DNA from: Gammaproteobacteria bacterium
GTDB lineage: Bacteria > Pseudomonadota > Gammaproteobacteria > Eutrophobiales > Eutrophobiaceae
Assembly: GCA_965243205.1 (NCBI GenBank)
Contig: CBDEUK010000002.1
Coordinates: 1,184,001 to 1,248,000, forward strand
Direction of reading: 5' to 3'
DNA length: 64,000 nt
Under the pieces are notes generated by a model that did no database searches, was not told the DNA's origin, and saw only the letters and a list, made by a program, of their open reading frames with translations. The position numbers and the translations under genes were made by a program. This document shows, piece after piece, positions 1 to 10,961 of the stretch (positions within the stretch are counted from its first letter, which is position 1; each line of letters opens with the position of its first letter).

Positions 1-405
1 AGCACCAAGAATTAAAATGGATTTACCATTTAAATCAACTTGGTGATTCTTAGTGAGATCATTGACTAATCCAATACCATCAGTGTTATCACCTAAACAC
101 TTTTCTCCATCATAACTTAACGTATTAACGGCGCCTGCTAGCTTTGCTCTTTCTGTTAATTGATCGGCATATTTATAAGCATCTTCTTTAAAAGGTACCG
201 TAATGTTAAATCCCTTACCGCCTTGTTGAAAAAAATGGTATGCCGCTTCGTCGAATTTTCCTTCTTCAACTAAGGTTGCTTGGTAATCAATAGATTGATT
301 ACATTGCTCAGCAAATAAAGAATGAATTTTAGGGGAAAGTGAGTGTGATATGGGATTACCAAAAACCGCATAGTGATCTATTTGGTCAAACTTGGTATTA
401 GACAT
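1..405 (-). CDS. aroE: Shikimate dehydrogenase, 5' part (runs off the window edge; missing from the ORF track)
   Basis: Hand translation from ATG at 405: ...[17 protein letters not shown]...[10 protein letters not shown]...AGAVNTL...GDNTDGIG...ILILGA, all AroE motifs. Confidence 0.93.
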   Translation of the reverse strand, partial: MSNTKFDQIDHYAVFGNPISHSLSPKIHSLFAEQCNQSIDYQATLVEEGKFDEAAYHFFQQGGKGFNITVPFKEDAYKYADQLTERAKLAGAVNTLSYDGEKCLGDNTDGIGLVNDLTKNHQVDLNGKSILILGA

Positions 406-439
406 TACTTAAAATGTTAGTGAGGTAAATTATTTATTA

Positions 440-1510
440 CTAACTGCCACTGGATAAGGCATTTAATCCACCTTGTAAACAGAAAGATTTTAATCCGCGT
501 TCACTTAAGAGATACGCTCCTGCACTACTACGACGTCCAGTATCGCAATAAGTAATGTATTGTTTATTCGGGTCTAAACTATCGGCTTTTAGTCTTAACA
601 TAAATAAAGGTATATTCATGCTGCCTCGAATATTAGAATTTTTATGTTCACTTTCTAAACGAACATCGATTAAAACTGCTCCCTCTTTGAGCATTTGTTT
701 CGTTTTGTCTTTATCAACCCAAGTTAACATCGGTTCTTTTAATAATTCGTTGAAATCTTTTTTCGCCAACCTCATTAAAACACCGTCTTTTGCCATGACA
801 ATATTGGCATTGCGTTTTGCTTCTGACAGTAATGATTCTTCACCAAAAGCATCGCCTGGTCTAAGTGTGGCTAAAACTAATTCAGATCCTGTTTTAGAAG
901 CCCTAGTGACTTTTGCTTTACCTTTTTTAATTAGATAATAATAGTCACCTTCCTCTCCTTGGTTGATGATCACATCATCTGCTTTGACTTGAAGCTCATC
1001 CATACGCATGAACATAGCTTGAATATTGGCAGGAGGAACTTGTAGAAAAGCCTTTGATTGTAGAATCCGCGTCATCCAATCATCACCGACTAAACCAACT
1101 TCTTCATCCAACGTTTCTTCTTCGACTTGAATATCACTGACATAAATACCAGACATTTGATCCCAAGTAAGAAGAATATCTAATAGGTCGCTATCAATCC
1201 GTATGATTTCACAAGCAGATTGGGTAACGGCATTGAATTGACGAGGCTGTTGATTCGCAATAGGGTGCTTTGCTGTATCAGTACCACCTTGTATTACTTT
1301 GGTTTGACCAGAACGTGAGGTTAAGCCAACCTTTCCTTGTAAAATGTAAACGGATTTACGATCACTATCCCCTTCTTTGAATAATGTGCGCCCAGAAGCG
1401 ACACTCTCTACAAATGTCTTACTGGCTAACTCTTGGAAATTCTCTCGATTCAGGGCATTGGGCGGCACTAAAGTTTTGAGTAAATCTCTATCGACTAATA
1501 CATCTGCCAT
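440..1510 (-). CDS. Tandem cyclic-nucleotide-binding domains plus C-terminal rhodanese domain
   Basis: CNB motifs (LFKEGD..SVYILQGKV; IINQGEEGDYYYLIKKG..GDAFGEESL..RNA) and rhodanese motifs (LIDVR..H..GSMNIP, active loop CDTGRRS, LQGG). Confidence 0.85.
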   Translation of the reverse strand: MADVLVDRDLLKTLVPPNALNRENFQELASKTFVESVASGRTLFKEGDSDRKSVYILQGKVGLTSRSGQTKVIQGGTDTAKHPIANQQPRQFNAVTQSACEIIRIDSDLLDILLTWDQMSGIYVSDIQVEEETLDEEVGLVGDDWMTRILQSKAFLQVPPANIQAMFMRMDELQVKADDVIINQGEEGDYYYLIKKGKAKVTRASKTGSELVLATLRPGDAFGEESLLSEAKRNANIVMAKDGVLMRLAKKDFNELLKEPMLTWVDKDKTKQMLKEGAVLIDVRLESEHKNSNIRGSMNIPLFMLRLKADSLDPNKQYITYCDTGRRSSAGAYLLSERGLKSFCLQGGLNALSSGS

Positions 1511-1542
1511 ATTGTTATCTCAAAAAATTTGGCCTCTAATGA

Positions 1543-1902
<360 letters not shown>

Positions 1903-2022
1903 TTATAAATTTATTAAACACTAAGGCTAACAATAAATACCACTTTACGCACCAAAAAATTCACTTTAATCAGTGTATTATTTTAGCCCAAGGAAAATTG
2001 ATAAAACGGTTAAAAATTGTAT

Positions 2023-2055
2023 AAAAAAACCCCTCAAACAACGTTTGAGGGGTTT
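2023..2055 (-). terminator. Intrinsic terminator after glnK-amtB
   Basis: Perfect inverted repeat aaacccctcaaac/gtttgaggggttt; the A-tract at 2023-2029 is a U-tract on the minus strand. Confidence 0.85.
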
Positions 2056-2091
2056 AGAGTAGTAAAACTTATTTTATTAAAAGTTATATTA

Positions 2092-3354
2092 TTATTTACT
2101 GCCAGCAAATTCAGGATAAGCTTCAACACCACATTCACTGATGTCGACACCATTCACTTCCTCTTCTTCGCTAACACGGATACCCATAACTACTTTTAGG
2201 ATTGACCAAACAATCAAACTGGTAACGAATACCCAAATGAAGATAGTTGCAGCACCAATTAATTGGCCTGACATGCTAGAGCCATCGTTAGTAAACGGTA
2301 CTAAGATTAGACCAAGTAAACCAACGGTTCCGTGAACTGAGATAGCGCCCACAGGGTCATCGATTTTCATTTTATCTAACGTAACAATACTGAATACCAC
2401 TAGCACACCGCCTAAAGCACCGAAAATAGTTGCTTGTAATGCGGTAGGAGTTGAAGGCTCAGCGGTAATTGCTACTAAACCAGCCAAAGCACCGTTTAAA
2501 GCCATGGTTAAGTCCGCTTTACCAAACCATAAACGTGCTACTAATAAAGCAGCAATACATCCACCAGCTGCCGCCGCATTAGTATTCATAAATACGACAG
2601 CCACTGAGTTAGCACTTTCAACTGTAGCCGTAGCTAGCACCGAACCACCGTTAAAACCAAACCATCCTAACCAAAGTACGAATGTACCTAATGTGGCTAA
2701 TGGTAAGTTACAGCCAGGAATCGCAATGATTCGGCCATCGGCACCGTATTTACCTTTACGAGCGCCCAGCACCAATACACCTGCAAGTGCAGCTCCTGCA
2801 CCAGCCATATGCACAATACCTGAACCCGCAAAGTCAGAGAAACCTAAGTCGCCAAGGGTATACATACCAAAAACAGAAGCACCACCCCAAGTCCAACTAC
2901 CTTCCATTGGATAAATGAAACCAGTCATGACTACTGCAAAGGCTAAGAATGCCCATAGCTTCATACGCTCAGCTACAGCACCTGAAACAATTGACATTGC
3001 AGTTGCTACGAATACTACTTGGAAATAGAAATCCGCTGATGGTGCATAAGTCGCTGGCTCTTCAGCGCCCGTATATCCATCACCTGTAATTCCACTTAAA
3101 AACATGACGAATTCATCACCGCCATACATGATTGAATAACCACACACCATATACATGATGCTGGCCACTGCAAATAATGCGATGTTCTTGGTTAAAATTT
3201 CAGTGGTATTTTTAGCTCGCACTAAACCTGCTTCGAGCATGGCGAAACCAGCCGCCATCCACATAACTAGGGCACCGCAAATTAGAAAATAGAAAGTGTC
3301 CAGCGCATATTGTAACTCTGTCACCGCTGAAGCAACTGATGCTAATTCTTCCAC
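2092..3354 (-). CDS. amtB: Ammonium transporter
   Basis: AGFAMLEAG, DFAGSGIVH, WFGFNGGS, NGALAGLVAIT, DDPVGAISVHG; many TM helices; SD GGAGG. Confidence 0.97.
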   Translation of the reverse strand: MEELASVASAVTELQYALDTFYFLICGALVMWMAAGFAMLEAGLVRAKNTTEILTKNIALFAVASIMYMVCGYSIMYGGDEFVMFLSGITGDGYTGAEEPATYAPSADFYFQVVFVATAMSIVSGAVAERMKLWAFLAFAVVMTGFIYPMEGSWTWGGASVFGMYTLGDLGFSDFAGSGIVHMAGAGAALAGVLVLGARKGKYGADGRIIAIPGCNLPLATLGTFVLWLGWFGFNGGSVLATATVESANSVAVVFMNTNAAAAGGCIAALLVARLWFGKADLTMALNGALAGLVAITAEPSTPTALQATIFGALGGVLVVFSIVTLDKMKIDDPVGAISVHGTVGLLGLILVPFTNDGSSMSGQLIGAATIFIWVFVTSLIVWSILKVVMGIRVSEEEEVNGVDISECGVEAYPEFAGSK

Positions 3355-3409
3355 GATATTATCCTCCCAATAGATTTATCTATAGTATTTATAAGTAATT
3401 GTTTATTGA

Positions 3410-3796
<387 letters not shown>

Positions 3797-3831
3797 TTAA
3801 TTATTGAAGTAATGATTACAGGCAAGGAATC

Positions 3832-3847
3832 AGCAGCATTTGTGCCA
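3832..3847 (-). promoter_or_regulatory. Sigma-54 -24/-12 promoter of glnK-amtB
   Basis: Minus strand TGGCACAAATGCTGCT (GG-N10-GC); IHF-like TTTCAAtatgTTA at 3867-3879. Confidence 0.85.
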
Positions 3848-3932
3848 TTGAAATATTATCTATATATTTCAATATGTTACTTGAGATTTTAGATAAAAAT
3901 TATGCGGATTTAGTTTAAAAATATTAAATATT

Positions 3933-3981
3933 TGCACTTATTTTGTGCGCTTATAAAAAGACTTTGTATTGATTTGGTGCA
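3933..3981. promoter_or_regulatory. Tandem NtrC-like enhancer sites
   Basis: TGCAC-N7-GTGCG (3933-3949) and TGTAT-N7-GTGCA (3965-3981), centres 32 bp apart, about 100-130 bp upstream of the sigma-54 promoter. Confidence 0.8.
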
Positions 3982-4121
3982 AAGATAAAACTAGATTTTA
4001 ATGAGTTCTAAAACAAACTACATATTTTTAAATCATGTATTTTTACTGAGTATTTAACAGAAAAAGACTAAGATTAAACATACATTAACTATTCACAACA
4101 CTTAATACTCATTTTTGAACT

Positions 4122-4370
4122 ATGGACTCTATAACAGCCGAAAAGATTAAATTATTCACTCAACAAATCAGTCAATTAATTCCTGATGATATGCAAAGTA
4201 TAAAAATGGACTTGGAAAAAAATATTTATATTGCTATTGAATCTACATTCAAACAAATGGATCTAGTGACTAGAGAAGAATTTGATACACAGACTGCTGT
4301 GTTAAATAAAACTCGTCAATTGCTTGAAGAATTAAAACAAAAAATAACTGAATTAGAAGATACGCCTTAA
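4122..4370 (+). CDS. ubiK: Accessory factor UbiK (YqiC/BMFP family)
   Basis: MDLVTREEFDTQTAVLNKTR motif plus coiled coil; usual position divergent from glnK and upstream of comM. Confidence 0.9.
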   Translation: MDSITAEKIKLFTQQISQLIPDDMQSIKMDLEKNIYIAIESTFKQMDLVTREEFDTQTAVLNKTRQLLEELKQKITELEDTP

Positions 4371-4579
4371 AATAGTGCAAAAAATTATTATTATCTATTC
4401 TCAAATTAAATTTTACATATAATTTACTCAATATTATTTTATTTCATTCAATTTCCCACATGAATATGTAAAGTTGAATTATCAATAAGTCATTTTGCTT
4501 AATCATCATTAGTAAAAACACTCATAACGAATTCTATATTCAAAATTATGTTAACTTATTCACGTTTTTTGCTAAAAAA

Positions 4580-4718
4580 CGCACCAATACATAACAAATA
4601 ACGCATTTTATTAGTGCGAATCTCTATTAAAAATTAGTTTTTTTTTCTTTTTTTTCATCATTTTTTTCTAATTCTCTTTTAAATTCAAAAACATACCGAT
4701 TATGGTCTAGTCCTTGCT
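4580..4718 (+). promoter_or_regulatory. NtrC-like site(s) and sigma-54 promoter upstream of the TorF-family porin
   Basis: Half site CGCACCA at 4580-4586; CGCAT-N7-GTGCG at 4602-4618; TGGTCTAGTCCTTGCT (GG-N10-GC) at 4703-4718. Confidence 0.7.
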
Positions 4719-4811
4719 GATTGAAGCTTCATCTAGTCGATATTCATATTGATTAGCAACATTAAGTCATTACTTATTTTTTCACTCTAAAAAACTACAC
4801 AATAGGAGAAA

Positions 4812-5564
4812 ATGATGAAGGTTCATCTAATAAAAAAACTGGTTGCTGGTTTTGCATTAGCTAGCGCTACTTCACTAGCTCACGCTGAGTTCTCTGGCAA
4901 CATCGGCATTTCAAATAACTATATCTGGCGTGGTTTAACCCAAACCAATGATGAACCTGCTATCTCAGGTGGTTTGGATTGGGCACATGATTCAGGATTT
5001 TATATCGGTACATGGGTCTCAAACGTACAATACGCTTCAGATGACGCGTTCTCATACGAACATGATATGTATGCCGGTTATGCTGGTGAATATAATGGCG
5101 TTAGTTACGATATAGGATACTTGTACTATAACTATAACGAAGAAGCTAAATTCGACTTTAGTGAAATCTATGGTAGCTTAGGTTATGGTGGTTTCAGTAT
5201 TACAGCATTTATCTTTGCACACACTCAAGCTGAAGAGAGCGCTGGTTTAACTACAGCTAACGTAGGTCGTAACTACGATTATGGTTTTGGTGAAACCTAT
5301 TACATCTCTCTTGATTATGGCTTTGCAATTCCAAACTTAGAAGGTTGGGAAGGTGGCTTACACGTTGGTTACCATGATGGTGACTTCGTTGACGGTTTTA
5401 ACTTTGCAAACGGTGTATTTGAATACCTGGATTGGAATGCTTCAATTGCTAAAGGTGGTTTCAGCTTTATGATCAGTGGTACCGATTTAGATGCTAGCGA
5501 TACTGGCCCAAGCTTAAACAACGATGACCTTAAATTTGTTGTGGGCTATTCAGTAGACTTTTAA
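4812..5564 (+). CDS. TorF-family putative outer-membrane porin
   Basis: Signal peptide (AHA), SGNIGISNNYIWRGLTQT..PAISGGLD..SGFYIGTWVSNV motif, C-terminal Phe (YSVDF). Confidence 0.88.
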   Translation: MMKVHLIKKLVAGFALASATSLAHAEFSGNIGISNNYIWRGLTQTNDEPAISGGLDWAHDSGFYIGTWVSNVQYASDDAFSYEHDMYAGYAGEYNGVSYDIGYLYYNYNEEAKFDFSEIYGSLGYGGFSITAFIFAHTQAEESAGLTTANVGRNYDYGFGETYYISLDYGFAIPNLEGWEGGLHVGYHDGDFVDGFNFANGVFEYLDWNASIAKGGFSFMISGTDLDASDTGPSLNNDDLKFVVGYSVDF

Positions 5565-5588
5565 TTGAATATTCAATTATAAGTATTA

Positions 5589-5615
5589 AAAAAGGCCGAT
5601 TTAATCGGCCTTTTT
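5589..5615. terminator. Bidirectional intrinsic terminator
   Basis: aaaaaggccga/tcggccttttt inverted repeat between convergent genes. Confidence 0.88.
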
Positions 5616-5632
5616 ATTAGTCTAAATAAAAG

Positions 5633-5983
5633 CTAGTTCCTTAATCTTTTTAAACGCTTATTACCAGGTTTCTCTTCTTGGTCTTGAGTTAATAAATCCC
5701 AAGTGCTCATTTTCTTTTCCTCTTCTTTCTTAGCAGTGCTACTTTCCTCATTACCAATATCCGTTAACTCTTCATCTGTATAGTTTTCTAATACAGCTAT
5801 ACAAGCTCTGCGTGCAGCCAATAGAGCCGCTTGAGAAGCTTCCTCGCCTTTCACTTCATCTTTGGCTTTCATAGATGACACAATTCCAATTGCAATACCA
5901 CGACATTCTCCTGCAGCATCCGCTGAGACTAAAACCGGTGATAACAAAGATATGCCTAAACCTAAAATAATTGTTTTTTTCAT
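5633..5983 (-). CDS. Hypothetical exported protein with two Cys
   Basis: Signal peptide (MKKTIILGLGISLLSPVLVSA), Cys pair, charged tail. Confidence 0.7.
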   Translation of the reverse strand: MKKTIILGLGISLLSPVLVSADAAGECRGIAIGIVSSMKAKDEVKGEEASQAALLAARRACIAVLENYTDEELTDIGNEESSTAKKEEEKKMSTWDLLTQDQEEKPGNKRLKRLRN

Positions 5984-6083
5984 ATGTTTTACCTTACATA
6001 AAATGATTAATTTGATTCTATCAAAAATACTTCATAGAAGGTTATAATCTCTTCTAATAAAAATAGATTTCATGGAAGAAGTT

Positions 6084-7592
6084 ATGAGCCTAGCTATTGT
6101 TTACAGCCGCGCCCAAATTGGTATTGAAGCACCACTTGTCACTGTTGAAGTTCACCTAACAACAGGATTACCACAACTATCCATCGTTGGCTTGCCTGAA
6201 ACAGCGGTTAAGGAAAGCAAGGATAGAGTACGCAGCGCGATTCTGAATAATCATTTTGAATTTCCCTTAAAACGTATCACTATAAACCTAGCACCCGCAG
6301 ATTTACCCAAACAAGGTGGAAGATACGATTTAGCCATTGCTATTGGCATACTCGCCGCCTCAGAACAAATTGATGCAACTTGTTTAGAAAAATATGAGTT
6401 TCTTGGCGAACTCGCGCTTTCAGGAGAGGTGCGCCCAATCAGCGGTGCTCTTGCTTCTGCAACAGCGCTTAAAACGACTTCAAGAAGCTTAATATTACCA
6501 ACAGCAAATATTCAAGAAGCCGCTCTAGTAAAGAATCTAGAACTTTATAAAGCAGAACATATAACGCAAGTATGTGCTCACTTATCTAATATAAATCCTA
6601 TAAAGAACTATCAAGGATCATGTACACCAGCTAAAGCAAAAAAGCTAAAAGATATCTCAGATGTGAAAGCACAATATCATGCGAAAAGAGCTCTCGAAAT
6701 CGCTGCGGCTGGTGGACATAGCCTGTTAATGGCAGGACCACCTGGCACTGGAAAAACCATGTTAGCCGAAAGGCTTATAAGCATATTACCAGAGTTATCA
6801 GAAGACCAAGCACTTGAAACTGCAACAATTGCTTCGATAAGTCAGTCTGGATTTGAATTAGAAAATTGGTTACAACCTCCGTTTCGCGCGCCTCATCACA
6901 CCGCTTCAGCAGTGGCCTTGGTTGGTGGGGGCAATATTCCAAAGCCAGGGGAAATATCTCTCGCTCATCATGGCGTGTTATTTTTGGATGAGTTGCCAGA
7001 ATATTCCCGGCAAGTATTGGAAGTATTAAGAGAGCCATTAGAGTCTGGAAAAATTTGTATTTCCAGAGCCTCTAACCAAGCAACATTCCCTGCACAGTTT
7101 CAGTTAATCGCCGCAATGAATCCTTGTCCTTGCGGTTATTTAGGAGAACCTGGCAACCGTTGCCAATGCTCTGAAGATAAGATCCTTAAATATCGCAATC
7201 GTATTTCAGGCCCATTACTCGATCGTATCGATATTCATGTAGAAGTACCCAATATAACCGAAAAAATTTTACAAAATAGTCATGATGAAAACCGTGAAAC
7301 GAGCTTAGCTGTTCGTAAAAGAGTTGTAGCCGCTCGAAATAAACAACATAAACGTAATCAAACTCTCAATTCGAAACTATCTAGTAGAGATATAGAAAAT
7401 TATTGCACATTGAATAATGAAAACCTTCAATTACTTCAACAAGCTATCATCAAATTAAGAATTTCTGCTCGAGGTGTGCATAGAATATTAAAAGTCGCTC
7501 GCACCATTGCGGATCTTAATGATTCAGAACACATTCAAACATCGCATCTAACTGAAGCTTTGAGTTTTCGGGGTGTAGTGTACAAAAACTAA
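6084..7592 (+). CDS. comM: YifB/ComM Mg-chelatase-like AAA+ ATPase
   Basis: VGLPETAVKESKDRVRSA, GPPGTGKT, PFRAPHHTAS, GVLFLDE, NPCPCG; start MSLA at 6084. Confidence 0.95.
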   Translation: MSLAIVYSRAQIGIEAPLVTVEVHLTTGLPQLSIVGLPETAVKESKDRVRSAILNNHFEFPLKRITINLAPADLPKQGGRYDLAIAIGILAASEQIDATCLEKYEFLGELALSGEVRPISGALASATALKTTSRSLILPTANIQEAALVKNLELYKAEHITQVCAHLSNINPIKNYQGSCTPAKAKKLKDISDVKAQYHAKRALEIAAAGGHSLLMAGPPGTGKTMLAERLISILPELSEDQALETATIASISQSGFELENWLQPPFRAPHHTASAVALVGGGNIPKPGEISLAHHGVLFLDELPEYSRQVLEVLREPLESGKICISRASNQATFPAQFQLIAAMNPCPCGYLGEPGNRCQCSEDKILKYRNRISGPLLDRIDIHVEVPNITEKILQNSHDENRETSLAVRKRVVAARNKQHKRNQTLNSKLSSRDIENYCTLNNENLQLLQQAIIKLRISARGVHRILKVARTIADLNDSEHIQTSHLTEALSFRGVVYKN

Positions 7593-7645
7593 ATTCGAGA
7601 ATTTGATGACTTGCGAATAGATGAAGTTTCAGGTCAAATAACACT

Positions 7646-8026
7646 ATGGATACTGAAGATAACGCAATACATATTGAAGTAGAAACCAACTACATCGAAG
7701 AACAATCAGAACCTGAATCTGAACGTTTTGTCTTTGCTTATACCATAGAAATCATTAATAACAGCGATATCGCTACTCGCCTTTTAAGTCGTCATTGGAT
7801 CGTAACAGATGCAAATTACAAACAACAAGAAGTGAATGGTGAAGGTGTTGTTGGTCAACAACCTTATATACTTCCAGGTGAATCCTTTAAATACACCAGT
7901 GCGGCAATGATAGAAACACCTGTAGGAAGTATGCATGGGAGTTATCAAATGGTTGATGATGAAGGTCAAATCTTTGATGCACCAATCCCAGCGTTCAATC
8001 TTTCCACTCCTAATAGTATTCATTAA
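7646..8026 (+). CDS. apaG: ApaG protein
   Basis: FVFAYTI, LLSRHW, GEGVVGQQP, GSMHGSY. Confidence 0.96.
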   Translation: MDTEDNAIHIEVETNYIEEQSEPESERFVFAYTIEIINNSDIATRLLSRHWIVTDANYKQQEVNGEGVVGQQPYILPGESFKYTSAAMIETPVGSMHGSYQMVDDEGQIFDAPIPAFNLSTPNSIH

Positions 8027-8034
8027 TCTTTTTC

Positions 8035-8868
8035 ATGGCTATCTATGCCATAGGTGATTTGCAAGGCTGTTACGATGAGTTAATGGATTTATTGCATGAA
8101 ATCAATTTTGATGAAAGGAATGATCAACTTTGGTTTGCTGGTGATCTCATTAATCGTGGCCCAAAATCTTTAGAGTGCTTAAAGTTTGTTTTCAATCACC
8201 CTATAAATTGTAAGACTGTTTTAGGTAATCATGATTTGCACTTTATTGCTTTGTCTTATGGCGTTCGACAACCTCATAAAAGCGATACACTGGATGAACT
8301 CTTAAATTCAAAAAACAGAAATAAATATATAACATGGTATAAACAACAACCATTTCTATTGCATGATGAAGATTCAAATTTTTATTTACTTCATGCAGGT
8401 TTACCACCTCAATGGGATATACAGCTTAGTATTGAATTAGCAAACGAAACTTCGCAATTCTTACAAAGCAATGAGTTCGATAAATTTATTCACTCTATGT
8501 ATGGAAACAAACCTGTTTTATGGCAAGACGATTTAATTGGTTATGAACGTTTTCGATTTATTATTAACTGCTTCACTAGATTAAGGTATTGCAATAAAGA
8601 CGGTTCATTAGAATTTAAATATAAAGAAGCTCCAGGGACACAAAACGAATATTTATTTCCCTGGTATTCTCATAAAGCAAGAAAGAGTAAAAACAGCAAG
8701 ATTTTATTTGGTCATTGGTCTACAGTTACTTTGGGGAAAGATAAGGACTTTTCAATTTGGAATGCGTATCCTCTAGATACAGGTTGTTTATGGGGAGGAA
8801 GTTTAACGGCATTACGACTTGAAGATGAGACCTTATTTAAAGTTCCTTCACGACAAAAAAACAAATAA
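8035..8868 (+). CDS. apaH: Symmetrical bis(5'-nucleosyl)-tetraphosphatase
   Basis: IGDLQGC, GDLINRGP, LGNHDLH, HAG, FGHWS, LDTGCLWGG. Confidence 0.96.
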   Translation: MAIYAIGDLQGCYDELMDLLHEINFDERNDQLWFAGDLINRGPKSLECLKFVFNHPINCKTVLGNHDLHFIALSYGVRQPHKSDTLDELLNSKNRNKYITWYKQQPFLLHDEDSNFYLLHAGLPPQWDIQLSIELANETSQFLQSNEFDKFIHSMYGNKPVLWQDDLIGYERFRFIINCFTRLRYCNKDGSLEFKYKEAPGTQNEYLFPWYSHKARKSKNSKILFGHWSTVTLGKDKDFSIWNAYPLDTGCLWGGSLTALRLEDETLFKVPSRQKNK

Positions 8869-8885
8869 AAACTAGAGATAAATAA

Positions 8886-10952
8886 ATGTTAAAAAAACTC
8901 TGCTTTTCACAAGAAGTATTGAAACAGTGTTTTTGGTTTTTAATTCTCACCTCTTGGATTCCTATCATTGCTTCTTATCTAGTGTTCCCTGAGTTGGAAC
9001 TAAGCAATGAATATAAATTTACCATTCTCATACCAGAACCAATTCAGTTGAATAACAGTTGGTTCAGTATCAATTATGTATTTTTCATATTGTGTGTTGG
9101 CTTAGGATTCTATTTAAAAAATGTAAAAGATGATAATAAAACACCTTATTTCATAATCACGCTCTCTTTATTATTTAGTGGATTCATTCCCTATTTTAAT
9201 GGTTTGAATTCTTTAACTCCCACTCAAGCGATCTTTTATACATTATATCTCCTAGCTTTTTTAATTTCTTTTTACAACTATTTAAAATATTCGTCTCTGT
9301 TTAGTATCTCTTTCGGTGTATTTTGTACGCTGTTATTTTTTGATTCGCTTATTCCCTATCTAATCTGGTTTACAAGTCTTATTGGCATTATCAGCAGCGA
9401 ACAAAAAGAATTATTTCTGATTGACAATCATTCTTTTTTTGGATTGTTTTATGAGTTGTACTCTATCGGTTTTATAAAGACGATTTTATTTATTTTATCT
9501 TTTGTATTGGTACGAATTTTTTATAAGGCTTGGTCAGATAACAAACAGTTTTATAAAAAATTAAATACAGCGGATAAATGGTCATACTTTATTAACACAC
9601 TAAAACTTTGGTATCCCGTATTTGTATTTTTTATAACCTGTACATTATTTTTTCAGTATTTCATGAATCCTTGGATAGCATCCTATACGCTAGATAAGCT
9701 TAATGAACATACTATATTAAACACATTAAACGAGAAGAAACGTCCTGATAATCTTGAATTAGCATTTTTAATGATTAATCAAATATCGATTGATAAACAG
9801 ATTAAAGATACTAAAACATACATAAAAAAACTAACGAAAGCCGTAGACCAGTCACCACAGGGCATACATGACAAACTTGATAAGGATTTACCCAATACGA
9901 TATTTAAAAAGAAAGAATGTGGTTGGGATCCCGTTTTATGTCCGATTATTAATGCCACTAAGTCTTTGGGTAATAAAATATATCGTTCTTCGAAACGAAA
10001 AAAACTACGCTCGATAAAATATGAACTGGAAGAATTAGCCGATGGTTCTAATAAACTATCAAAGAAGATGCAAGATGCTATTATCTTAAAATTAAATCAG
10101 TTAAAAAATATCACAACCACAGCGATTAATTCATTATTTAAACTCTGGGGATTATTTTCATTTTTAATGTTTCTTTATGGCGTGATTATTTTAATCAAAA
10201 CATTTTTAATGGTTTGCTCTCGTATCTGTTTTTCTCCAGAAACGGAAAATACAGCGTCATTCAATACTGAATCTTATAAAAACAAAACGGGTAAAATAAT
10301 TCGTCTTAAAGATAAATTTACCTTAAAACCATCTGACAACAATAAATTCTATTTTTGTAGAAACTCTATAACTGTATCAGGCGCACCTCCAGCCAGAAAA
10401 ACACCGCAAATATTTACTGCAATTTTACAACGTCTATTTCATAAACGATGGGGATTGAATTATGTCGATCCTAGTTTAACTAGTGATGGCGTTACAATTA
10501 CTGTTGCAAAACCCAGCGAATTTGTGAGGTGGAATATTGCTGAAGGTGAAAAAGTCTTTTTTCACTTTGCAGACTTCGTTGGTATGTCAAGCAATGCAAA
10601 AATCAAACGCCATGTCTCATTAAGTGTCTCTACACTATTGTTTGGTCGCATTATTTATCATTACATCGAAGGGCCAGGAATATTATTTTTAAAGACCAAA
10701 GCTCAACCCACAGTTTCTCCTGAAAAAGAAGCTTTGTCAGGCCAGAATTCGGCACTGCTAGTTGCTTGGAATAATGATGTGAATTTTAAGATCAATGCTA
10801 GTCGCACTGTAGTCGACACTTTATTCAGTGATTATCACATTAAACCAAATAAAGAAAATGAGCTCATTGTTATGGATTTATCAGAAGAACGCGGTACCTC
10901 GACAGCAGCAGGCGTTGGTCGATTTTTAAAAAGCTTTGCTTTTCCAGTATAA
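8886..10952 (+). CDS. Polytopic membrane protein with a probable C-terminal AIM24-like domain
   Basis: About 8-9 hydrophobic segments, a helical soluble segment with CGWDPVLC, then GEKVFFH...TLLFG...IEGPGILFLK resembling AIM24 repeats. Confidence 0.6.
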   Translation: MLKKLCFSQEVLKQCFWFLILTSWIPIIASYLVFPELELSNEYKFTILIPEPIQLNNSWFSINYVFFILCVGLGFYLKNVKDDNKTPYFIITLSLLFSGFIPYFNGLNSLTPTQAIFYTLYLLAFLISFYNYLKYSSLFSISFGVFCTLLFFDSLIPYLIWFTSLIGIISSEQKELFLIDNHSFFGLFYELYSIGFIKTILFILSFVLVRIFYKAWSDNKQFYKKLNTADKWSYFINTLKLWYPVFVFFITCTLFFQYFMNPWIASYTLDKLNEHTILNTLNEKKRPDNLELAFLMINQISIDKQIKDTKTYIKKLTKAVDQSPQGIHDKLDKDLPNTIFKKKECGWDPVLCPIINATKSLGNKIYRSSKRKKLRSIKYELEELADGSNKLSKKMQDAIILKLNQLKNITTTAINSLFKLWGLFSFLMFLYGVIILIKTFLMVCSRICFSPETENTASFNTESYKNKTGKIIRLKDKFTLKPSDNNKFYFCRNSITVSGAPPARKTPQIFTAILQRLFHKRWGLNYVDPSLTSDGVTITVAKPSEFVRWNIAEGEKVFFHFADFVGMSSNAKIKRHVSLSVSTLLFGRIIYHYIEGPGILFLKTKAQPTVSPEKEALSGQNSALLVAWNNDVNFKINASRTVVDTLFSDYHIKPNKENELIVMDLSEERGTSTAAGVGRFLKSFAFPV

Positions 10953-10961
10953 ATTTAAATC

